Virus record (IMG/VR): IMGVR_UViG_3300032331_003609
Span: 1-64,000 of that record
DNA: 64,000 nucleotides
Reading direction: 5' to 3' (one strand)
Position 1 is the first letter of the stretch. Every line of letters begins with the position of its first letter. The translations under genes were made by a program, and so were the position numbers. The notes under the pieces are model-generated. The model had not been told where the DNA came from and did not search any database. It worked only from the letters and a program-made list of their open reading frames with translations. Positions 18,947 through 26,489 of this stretch are shown here, in pieces.

Positions 18947-19141
18947 ATGATAATTATAGACGTAACTAAATATGGGTCAATTGACCAGGCCTTGAAGGTG
19001 TATAAGAATAAGGTTAATAAGACCAAAATGATTAACAATCTAAGAGAAAGACAGGCTTACACGAAGCCTTCGGTTGTAAGAAGAAAGGAAGTACTTGGTG
19101 CAATTTACAAGCAGCAGGTTATTGATTCCGCAGGTGAATAG
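18947..19141 (+). CDS. rpsU: ribosomal protein bS21 (phage-encoded)
   Basis: IDQALKVYKNKV...LRERQAYTKPSVVRRKE matches the bS21 ALKxFKxK...YxKPS.RR consensus; 64 aa. Confidence 0.85.
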   Translation: MIIIDVTKYGSIDQALKVYKNKVNKTKMINNLRERQAYTKPSVVRRKEVLGAIYKQQVIDSAGE

Positions 19142-19166
19142 CAATTGAAACCAACATTCAAAATAT

Positions 19167-19445
19167 ATGACCAAAACCGCTAAGGAAAAATGTGTTATGT
19201 GCGGGGGAGAAACTCCATATAACATATACGATCATATCGATTTAAGATATGGATACGTTGAAGGAATGGGCCAATTGTGTTCTCCCTGCTATCAAGGATC
19301 TTCAAGATCCTCATTACTTGTGGATCATAGAACTATAATGGACACCCCAAATGATATGGAACTTGGGATGAAGGTAAGACAAGCTTATCATGAGTCTCTT
19401 AACATTAAGCCTCCAATAAAATGGGAATCAATAGGTAGGGGATAA
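19167..19445 (+). CDS. hypothetical Zn-binding protein
   Basis: CVMC...YVEGMGQLCSPC; TPNDMELG tail. Confidence 0.6.
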   Translation: MTKTAKEKCVMCGGETPYNIYDHIDLRYGYVEGMGQLCSPCYQGSSRSSLLVDHRTIMDTPNDMELGMKVRQAYHESLNIKPPIKWESIGRG

Positions 19446-19453
19446 ATAAAAAA

Positions 19454-20617
19454 ATGCCTAGAAAATTATCAGCGGAGTCGCTTAGATTTTTAAAAAAGTT
19501 TGTTTCGGGATCCTGGGATATAGATGGAAATAATTCTGTCGTTATAGAAGGAGATCTGGATTGTGCAAGAGGACTTTGGCCAGACCAAAAAGAACTTCCG
19601 CGACTAAATATTGAAAGGATCTCTGGAAATTTTGATTGTTCGAATAATGGATTAGAGTCTCTTGTAAACTCACCGAAGCACGTAGGAGGATCATTTAGAT
19701 GTTCAGGAAATAAGCTGACTTCACTAATAGGCTCTCCACTCACTGTAGGTTCAAACTTTGATTGCATGTATAATCGAATCAAAACTTTAGAAGGATGCAC
19801 AAATGAAATACCAGGGAGCTTTATTGCAGACTTTAATGAATTAGAATCACTTGAGTATGGGCCAGAAATAGTTCTTGGAGATTATAGAATTTCTACAAAT
19901 AAGATAGTATCTTTAGAAGGATGCCCAAAGATTATTGGTGGTTCTTTTCAATGCGAGAATAATATGTTACCCTCACTTATAGGAGGACCTTCTGAAGTTG
20001 GAGGATTTTATAATTGTTCAGAAAATAGTTTAACATCATTAGAAGGATCTCCTGATCACATAAAAGGAAGGTTTATATGCTCCAATAATTCTTTGAAAAC
20101 CCTGGAATTTGGACCTAAGCTAGTAGATGGGGATTATCTTTGCCATTCCAATCTTTTAACAAATTTATTAGGTTCCCCAGCATATTTAATAAACTCTGCT
20201 TTAAACTGCTCTTCTAATTTAATAATTTCTCTTGAGGGATTACCCATAATGTATGCAGAAAACCTAGTCATATCCTCTAATAAAATATCCGAAAAAACAT
20301 CAGCAATGCTAGCTAAAGATGTTTGTACTGGAATACCTTTTAGTGTATCCCTTGCTCTTTCGTGGGATCTAATAGATTATAGGGATCAAGAAAATTTAAG
20401 TTGTTTTTTAGATTTTTTAAAAGTATCAGATTACATATTTAAGACCTTTAAAAACGACCCGGTCGAAACAACAAAAATATATGATAGACTACCGGTACAC
20501 ATAAAAAATAAGGTAATAAAAGAAATATCCAAAAGATCAAAGGATTCTGGAGCATTTGAACGATCGATAGAGAATATCTCGGATCTGATGCAAGCTGGCA
20601 TCTTTGATGATATATAA
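19454..20617 (+). CDS. leucine-rich repeat protein (22-aa SLxGxPxx(V/I)xGxFxCxxN repeats)
   Basis: About ten consecutive 22-residue repeats visible. Confidence 0.8.
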   Translation: MPRKLSAESLRFLKKFVSGSWDIDGNNSVVIEGDLDCARGLWPDQKELPRLNIERISGNFDCSNNGLESLVNSPKHVGGSFRCSGNKLTSLIGSPLTVGSNFDCMYNRIKTLEGCTNEIPGSFIADFNELESLEYGPEIVLGDYRISTNKIVSLEGCPKIIGGSFQCENNMLPSLIGGPSEVGGFYNCSENSLTSLEGSPDHIKGRFICSNNSLKTLEFGPKLVDGDYLCHSNLLTNLLGSPAYLINSALNCSSNLIISLEGLPIMYAENLVISSNKISEKTSAMLAKDVCTGIPFSVSLALSWDLIDYRDQENLSCFLDFLKVSDYIFKTFKNDPVETTKIYDRLPVHIKNKVIKEISKRSKDSGAFERSIENISDLMQAGIFDDI

Positions 20618-20621
20618 TTCA

Positions 20622-21233
20622 ATGAAATATCTTAAGAACTTTAAATCTTTATTTGAATTTGATAGTACGGCGGAAACTACCAATGACATTTTTGATCTTT
20701 GGAAAAGATATAGAATGGTAGGTCCTTCTTATGTCAGTGGAATCAAAGATGATGAATGGGAGCTACAAGATATTATAGACACCCATGAATATAGTAGGGA
20801 ATGGTCAGGTATTTATATTGACGAGAATGATTTAGAATGGGAAGCTAATGTATCTGTTTCGAAGGGAAATGATGAAATAGAACAGGTTGACTATGTAGAA
20901 ATGCCGATAGAGGTTTTCGAAAAAATTCAGAAAGTTTTTTTAGAATCACTAAAATCGTTCGGATGTGAGTTTAAAACAGAAGTAATCCCGGATCAACACA
21001 AGAGAAAGAATCGATTCATTTTAACAGAAGATGAATTTGAAGATTTTACAAATAAAATACCAACTGTTCCTGCACCTAAGGATTTTCATATTAAATTTGA
21101 AGTTGGATTATTTAAATCAACCGATCTTTCCTTTAGCAGAAGAACAAACGAAGGAGAATCAATATTGGTTTATCAGTTGAGAGAGGGATCAAATTCAGAA
21201 GATAATTACTTAGTTACCAAAAAATCCAAATAG
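20622..21233 (+). CDS. hypothetical acidic protein with MKYLKNFKSLFE tag
   Basis: Shared motif; GATATATAAT at 20609. Confidence 0.65.
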   Translation: MKYLKNFKSLFEFDSTAETTNDIFDLWKRYRMVGPSYVSGIKDDEWELQDIIDTHEYSREWSGIYIDENDLEWEANVSVSKGNDEIEQVDYVEMPIEVFEKIQKVFLESLKSFGCEFKTEVIPDQHKRKNRFILTEDEFEDFTNKIPTVPAPKDFHIKFEVGLFKSTDLSFSRRTNEGESILVYQLREGSNSEDNYLVTKKSK

Positions 21234-21236
21234 TCT

Positions 21237-21437
21237 CTACAGTCTTTGGTTTTCTATGAGGCTGCTTATTTCTAATATTTTAGCTTCGTCCTCAACAATA
21301 TCTTCATCATCACCAAACGCATCTATAGAGAAGTGCCCGGAATAAAAATCCTCGGTTATCATAACAGTATAGGAATTTCCATCGTCAGTAGTGACATTAT
21401 ACGTAAGGTCGGTTTGCATTAATAATACTGATGCCAT
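21237..21437 (-). CDS. small acidic hypothetical protein
   Basis: ORF co-oriented with the upstream PAAKK gene. Confidence 0.55.
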   Translation of the reverse strand: MASVLLMQTDLTYNVTTDDGNSYTVMITEDFYSGHFSIDAFGDDEDIVEDEAKILEISSLIENQRL

Positions 21438-21497
21438 AATGAATAAAAAAAGCGATAGGAATATCCCATCGCTTTATTTGATTTTAGTAGATTCCTA

Positions 21498-21782
21498 CTA
21501 CTTTTTAGCTTTTTTAGCTTTAGATGTTTCAGCCTTAGCCGGTGCTTTTTTAGCAGCTGGTTTAGCAGCTGGCTTTTTAGCAGCTGGCTTTTTAGCAGCT
21601 GGTTTAGAAGCTTTAACAACAACTGGTGCTGCTTCAACCTGTGCAACTGGCTCTTCCACTTTTACCTCAATAATAGGCTCAGATTTAACTGGTTCAGCCT
21701 CTTGATTTTTTGGTTTTTTGCTAATCTTTGTGTAAGCAAAATAAGCTCCTAAAACTAAAATCGCTAGAAATAATACTTGCAT
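21498..21782 (-). CDS. membrane-anchored histone H1/AlgP-like protein (PAAKK repeats)
   Basis: N-terminal TM, then KPAAKKPAAKKPAAKPAAKK; GATATATAAA upstream on the minus strand. Confidence 0.75.
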   Translation of the reverse strand: MQVLFLAILVLGAYFAYTKISKKPKNQEAEPVKSEPIIEVKVEEPVAQVEAAPVVVKASKPAAKKPAAKKPAAKPAAKKAPAKAETSKAKKAKK

Positions 21783-21859
21783 ATTTTTGGTTATTTGATT
21801 TATATATCACTTGATTCTTTCGTTTTTGCATTTTTTAGGGGGATCCCGAATCTTTTCGA

Positions 21860-21867
21860 TACATTTG
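21860..21867 (+). promoter_or_regulatory. Bacteroidota-type sigma-A -7 element TAnnTTTG (one example)
   Basis: TACATTTG here and at 36551 and 50276, TATATTTG at 44355 and 46767, TATATTTA variant at 6027; each lies shortly before a start. Confidence 0.6.
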
Positions 21868-21890
21868 AGATAGAATAAAAAAACATTTCT

Positions 21891-22571
21891 ATGAAGATAA
21901 AACACCCGCTCGTTAAGGGAAAAGTTGAAATGATAAAACCTTTCATTTATTGCGTGGAAGTAAAGGATGACTATGATAGAGCAATGCTTTTTTGTAGATA
22001 CCAAGAATTTTATGAATCCCCTTATAAAAACATCAGGGGTAAGTATTTTAGCTGGGAAACCTTCATGAGAACCTATACAAAAGAAAGGGTATCCGATTTC
22101 TTTACGTACCCTTTTGATTGGTCTGGTTATAACATACCATCCAATGTTTTAGAAAGTGGTATAGATACTTTTAATAAACAAAGCGAGTATGATAAGATAA
22201 TGAGTGACATTTACTTCTATTGCGCAATAGATTCACAAAACAAAAACAAAGGGACAAGAACAAAGTGGTATTTAATAGGAGCTGATTCTAAAAAATCACA
22301 AACTATGCATCACGAAATAGCACATGGTCTTTATTACACCAATAAGAAATATAAAAAAAGAATGGACCTGATCATATCTCATATGAAGAAGCCACATTTT
22401 AAATTTATGAAAAAAGCATTGGTTAAAATGGGATATGCAGATGATGATAAAATTATATTTGATGAGATACAGGCATTTATGTCAACAGGTTTATATAAAA
22501 CATTTGATGATGAAAATACGAGATCATATCAGGACAGCTTCAAGAAGGTTTATAACGAGTTTAATATATAA
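21891..22571 (+). CDS. hypothetical protein with HExxH (zincin-like)
   Basis: HEIAHGLYY...DEIQAFM. Confidence 0.6.
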   Translation: MKIKHPLVKGKVEMIKPFIYCVEVKDDYDRAMLFCRYQEFYESPYKNIRGKYFSWETFMRTYTKERVSDFFTYPFDWSGYNIPSNVLESGIDTFNKQSEYDKIMSDIYFYCAIDSQNKNKGTRTKWYLIGADSKKSQTMHHEIAHGLYYTNKKYKKRMDLIISHMKKPHFKFMKKALVKMGYADDDKIIFDEIQAFMSTGLYKTFDDENTRSYQDSFKKVYNEFNI

Positions 22572-22574
22572 AGG

Positions 22575-22793
22575 ATGACACCGAGCAAAGAATATTTAGA
22601 TCAGATAGCAAACAAACTAGATTCTTTAAATAAGATGAATGGGGTAGATCCTGCGATGAGAAGCCAATTATTTAATGACAGCTTTGATCTTATGGATTAT
22701 ACGGGTAAGGCTGCTTTAGAATATATGAAAAATAAAAATCAGGAGGAGCCACAACCAATAGATCCTTTATTTACGGATCATAATAAATATTAA
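22575..22793 (+). CDS. hypothetical protein
   Basis: Tightly packed ORF. Confidence 0.6.
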   Translation: MTPSKEYLDQIANKLDSLNKMNGVDPAMRSQLFNDSFDLMDYTGKAALEYMKNKNQEEPQPIDPLFTDHNKY

Positions 22794-22795
22794 TT

Positions 22796-23002
22796 ATGGA
22801 TTTAAAAAAATTAGAACAAAAAACTGTAAAGAAAGGAATAGCAGATAAAGGATGGAATTTGCACCTCCCTAATCCGTTAAAAAATCAGGAGACAATTTGG
22901 GTACATTCAGACCAAGGCGGGATAGACAGCAAGCAATATTTAAGGGTTATACATTCTGATCCCCAGGTAATCTCAGTTTTTAGTAAAAGATATTTTGAAT
23001 AA
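22796..23002 (+). CDS. hypothetical protein
   Basis: Tightly packed ORF. Confidence 0.55.
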   Translation: MDLKKLEQKTVKKGIADKGWNLHLPNPLKNQETIWVHSDQGGIDSKQYLRVIHSDPQVISVFSKRYFE

Positions 23003-23015
23003 AAATATATACACT

Positions 23016-23465
23016 ATGGGATATGAAATAAATCTTATAATGGGAGAAATTGGAGGAACTGATACCTTCATAGAAATTGCTAGGGTTGATTTAGCTAAGA
23101 TAGGCAATGGTCCTTTACATAATCTTATTTCGTATGCAAAAGGGAAAGAAACACCAAATTTCATCGATTGGAAATTTTTAAAGGATGTAAAGGGAGATCA
23201 CCTAGGAGTTGATTCAGCCTCCAGTGAGATATTCGGGCTTGGGATGGACTATAAGAATGTTGATATCTGGGAAGGTGACGTTAAAACTACAGAGGATCCA
23301 TACGGAGATCCATTGCCAGCAGTTCCACTATTACATATATTATCCGCAATAAATCAGGAACTAAAGCTCGGAAATTATAGAAGATTTAGTCTAGCAAAAT
23401 CAATACTTGAAGAATTTGCAACGGACAAATGGGATAACATATTCGTAGTTCCGTACGGTCATTAG
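23016..23465 (+). CDS. hypothetical protein
   Basis: ORF; ATG start MGYEINL chosen. Confidence 0.6.
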   Translation: MGYEINLIMGEIGGTDTFIEIARVDLAKIGNGPLHNLISYAKGKETPNFIDWKFLKDVKGDHLGVDSASSEIFGLGMDYKNVDIWEGDVKTTEDPYGDPLPAVPLLHILSAINQELKLGNYRRFSLAKSILEEFATDKWDNIFVVPYGH

Positions 23466-23505
23466 AAATCTTAACGCCGGGGAATATATAGAAAAAACCC
23501 CAATT

Positions 23506-23634
23506 ATGGCAAAGGCAAAAGGATCATCAGGCAGTCAAAAGATCACCTTCGGTAAAAGAAGGAACGGTAAAGCTAAAAAGAACCACAACAAGCACGACCG
23601 CAAGGAGAGAAACTACAGAGGTCAAGGTAGATAA
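23506..23634 (+). CDS. small very basic protein (42 aa) ending YRGQGR
   Basis: Translated by hand: MAKAKGSSGSQKITFGKRRNGKAKKNHNKHDRKERNYRGQGR; AATATATAGA upstream. Confidence 0.75.
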   Translation: MAKAKGSSGSQKITFGKRRNGKAKKNHNKHDRKERNYRGQGR

Positions 23635-23687
23635 ATCATTTTTATTTTACGGCAAATGTGTTTACCTTTATATTTAAAATATAAGGG

Positions 23688-24101
23688 ATGAATAAAGTTT
23701 TGGTTTTAGTTAGGGGCCTACCTGGATCAGGTAAGTCTACGTTTGCAAATCTTGTATGGAACAATTATGCAATCTGCGAGGCAGACAAATTCTTTTATGA
23801 CAAAGAGGGTAATTATAATTTTGATGCATCTAAGTTAAAACAAGCACATGAATGGTGCCAAAATCAGGTTGAGACTAAGATGCAGGACAATCAAAACAAT
23901 CCACAATTTTACCCAGAAATTGTTGTTTCTAATACATTCACTCAAGAATGGGAGATGCAAGCATATTTTAATTTGGCTAAAAAATATGATTATAAAATTT
24001 TTTCAGTTATAGTTGAAAATAGACACGGCAGTACAAACGTGCATGGTGTTCCTGATGATACGCTTAAAAAAATGATGGATCGTTTTCAAATATCATTATA
24101 A
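23688..24101 (+). CDS. P-loop kinase (AAA_33 / N4BP2- or PNK-like)
   Basis: VRGLPGSGKST, EADKFF, AHEWCQ, IVVSNTF and HGVP motifs. Confidence 0.85.
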   Translation: MNKVLVLVRGLPGSGKSTFANLVWNNYAICEADKFFYDKEGNYNFDASKLKQAHEWCQNQVETKMQDNQNNPQFYPEIVVSNTFTQEWEMQAYFNLAKKYDYKIFSVIVENRHGSTNVHGVPDDTLKKMMDRFQISL

Positions 24102-24162
24102 ATTTACATTTATTTTTTTTATAAGGAGGTAATTTTTCGGTATCGGTTAGATATATAAACTG

Positions 24163-24294
24163 AAAAAATCCTCATTCCGTGAAAAAGATACGACCTTTTA
24201 CGCGAAATAATTACAGTCTTTCAGGTACGGGACCACGACCCCCGATCAGAAAGACTTTATATTTGTCCCAATACAGGGAAAGTGTGGATTTTTT
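24163..24294 (+). ncRNA. structured RNA leader / sRNA, copy 1
   Basis: AAAAAATCC (24163) pairs with GGATTTTTT (24286); inner hairpins CGT..AAAAG/CTTTTACG, AGTCTTTC/GAAAGACT and TCCC/GGGA; late-type promoter directly upstream. Confidence 0.55.
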
Positions 24295-24311
24295 CCAATC
24301 TAATTGGAAAA

Positions 24312-24818
24312 ATGTTAAAACCACTTAAATTCTTATCTATAGCAATTATAGCTATTCTGTTCTCTTTCCAATCGTTTGGACAAGGAAAATCTATCCTAAT
24401 AGGAGACATCACAAATAAAATTCAGATCGGTAATTTAGCTGGGTCTAGACCTCTAACATTTGGATTCAAAAATATGTTAGAAGAATATCTCCAAGAAAAC
24501 AATTTTGACATCATAGAAGATGAGACCAAATTTGATTATAAAATCAATATAGATCTTCTATTCTTTGATGTAGAAACAACAAAGTCAAGCGTTGCAATAT
24601 TTCATAAAAACAATGCAGAGACAGTATTAAAAATAAAAGCATATCTTTTAGATAATAAAGGGAAGAAAATAAAAGAATGTTTAATAACGGAAAAAGCTTC
24701 CGAAATTTCCACGTCAACGTTGATAGTCGATGAAGGCGGGAAGATGAATCAGCAATCGGTGTCTACTGTTATTAAAAAGGTGTGCGGAACAGCAATAAAA
24801 CAATTACTAACACCATGA
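24312..24818 (+). CDS. exported CsgG/TolB-N-like alpha/beta protein
   Basis: Signal peptide; same layout as the clearer CsgG-like ORF at 34219 (ends STVIKKVC vs STSTKKAL). Confidence 0.5.
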   Translation: MLKPLKFLSIAIIAILFSFQSFGQGKSILIGDITNKIQIGNLAGSRPLTFGFKNMLEEYLQENNFDIIEDETKFDYKINIDLLFFDVETTKSSVAIFHKNNAETVLKIKAYLLDNKGKKIKECLITEKASEISTSTLIVDEGGKMNQQSVSTVIKKVCGTAIKQLLTP

Positions 24819-26488
24819 AAAAACTAATTCTACTCACCACACTCTTATTCTTTGTGGGAGTCTCGTGCTTTGCACAATTAACTGTAAATCAATCAGTATC
24901 ACCAACGACCGGATTGAAGGTCGGAGATACAATCTCGGTAAAGTATACGGTTGCTAAGGGAACTACAACACCTCGTTATTTTTGGTTAAGATACCAATAC
25001 AATAATAAAGCATTGGCTTATGTTTCAACCACATGGTCGCAAGGAACCTCTGTTCAAACTTACTATACGGGTTGGACTGGATATAAATTCACTGCAAGTA
25101 CAGCTAATAGTATTACCGCTACAAGTTTGTATGCACAATATCTAGCATCTCCTTGGGGATATGCAGCTAATGCTGATTGGAACGCAGGCCAACTTACTGT
25201 TCAAAGAACAGATGCATCGGTCGATGGCGACATTGCGACACAAAAATATGTTATTAAGGATCTCGGAGCTTATAACGATATTCATAAATTAGATCTATCA
25301 TATGCTATTGATGCTACTGGTGCCAATATTTCTCCGATTACAACAACAACAGGCTTAGCTTCATTATCTAACGTTATTGGAAATACGTCACAATTTAAAG
25401 TAAGAGTTCTATTTCCAACCGGATATGATATAGCTTCACATAGTGTCTCTTTAATACCGCTAACAACCAACGGAGATGTTAATTGGACAGCTCAAGCAAT
25501 TGCAACAAAATCACTAGATGCATCAGGGGAAGCTATATTTACGACAGAGACAAAGGTCGGTGATTCATTTGCAGTTTTTGTAAACGCAGCAATGCAAAAA
25601 ACTTTCATGAATAATATAGTAACAGTTTCAGATGCTTATAAAGCTTTCCTTGGAGTATCCCAAACAGATATTGCAGGAGCATCTACTTATTTCACATATC
25701 CTGTATTAGAGAAAAAAGTTGGTCTAGTAACTAAAAATAAAACAGCATTCAGCGAGAGCGATTCGTATCACTTATTTGCTAGTGTTATGGGTACGGACGT
25801 TTCTAGTAGTGCAATGATTCCTTCTAATGCTGCTCCTGTTAATGGGGTAGTTAATTTCAAATGGTATAATGGTCTATTAAATCAAAGTTGGCTGGATGGA
25901 ACACCAACATATAAAACCAAAGTAACAGCTTCTAATCAAGCAGTGGATATGGTATTTGCCTGGGGTGGTGATTTAGATTGGTCACACTCTTCTTTACCAA
26001 CAGAAATTTCATCAAGAATAGCCACAGGAAATTATGCAAATTCAATCAATCCTGGTTCTTCAACTGCAACTGCATATAGAACAATGTCAAACACATCAAT
26101 GGCATATACTGCAGCTCCTTTGGAGAATGCAACTCTGAGTGTATCCTCTAAATTAGAAAACGGTAAAGTTATATTAACAACAAATTTAACTAGAGCGGAT
26201 CTAGCAGGTTTACAGGTTATTATGAATTATGACGAATCTAAATTAACACTAGATAACGTGATATTTGATGCGGGAAGTACAATAACAAACTTCTCAACAC
26301 ATAACAATGGCAGATTAACATTTGGTTCTATAGATCAATTAAAAACAGCAAGAATTAAACCAGGTACACCATACACATTGGTGTTTACCCCTAAATCAGC
26401 TTTAACAAACACTGCTGGCTTATTCTATTTTGTTCTATCCGATGCAGTTGATGCAAAAGGTAACAAGATAAATTTAGTTGTAGAATAA
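24815..26488 (+). CDS. exported cohesin/dockerin-like scaffold protein
   Basis: Signal peptide; IVTVSDAYKAF dockerin-like helix; GGDLDWSHS; C-terminal cohesin LQVIMNYDESKL; C-terminal half parallels the next ORF. Confidence 0.65.
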   Translation: MKKLILLTTLLFFVGVSCFAQLTVNQSVSPTTGLKVGDTISVKYTVAKGTTTPRYFWLRYQYNNKALAYVSTTWSQGTSVQTYYTGWTGYKFTASTANSITATSLYAQYLASPWGYAANADWNAGQLTVQRTDASVDGDIATQKYVIKDLGAYNDIHKLDLSYAIDATGANISPITTTTGLASLSNVIGNTSQFKVRVLFPTGYDIASHSVSLIPLTTNGDVNWTAQAIATKSLDASGEAIFTTETKVGDSFAVFVNAAMQKTFMNNIVTVSDAYKAFLGVSQTDIAGASTYFTYPVLEKKVGLVTKNKTAFSESDSYHLFASVMGTDVSSSAMIPSNAAPVNGVVNFKWYNGLLNQSWLDGTPTYKTKVTASNQAVDMVFAWGGDLDWSHSSLPTEISSRIATGNYANSINPGSSTATAYRTMSNTSMAYTAAPLENATLSVSSKLENGKVILTTNLTRADLAGLQVIMNYDESKLTLDNVIFDAGSTITNFSTHNNGRLTFGSIDQLKTARIKPGTPYTLVFTPKSALTNTAGLFYFVLSDAVDAKGNKINLVVE

Positions 26489-26489
26489 T

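Noticed and set aside
21391-21705. Plus-strand ORFs opposite the PAAKK gene
   Set aside because: Shadows of the GCTAAAAAGCCA-type repeat coding on the minus strand
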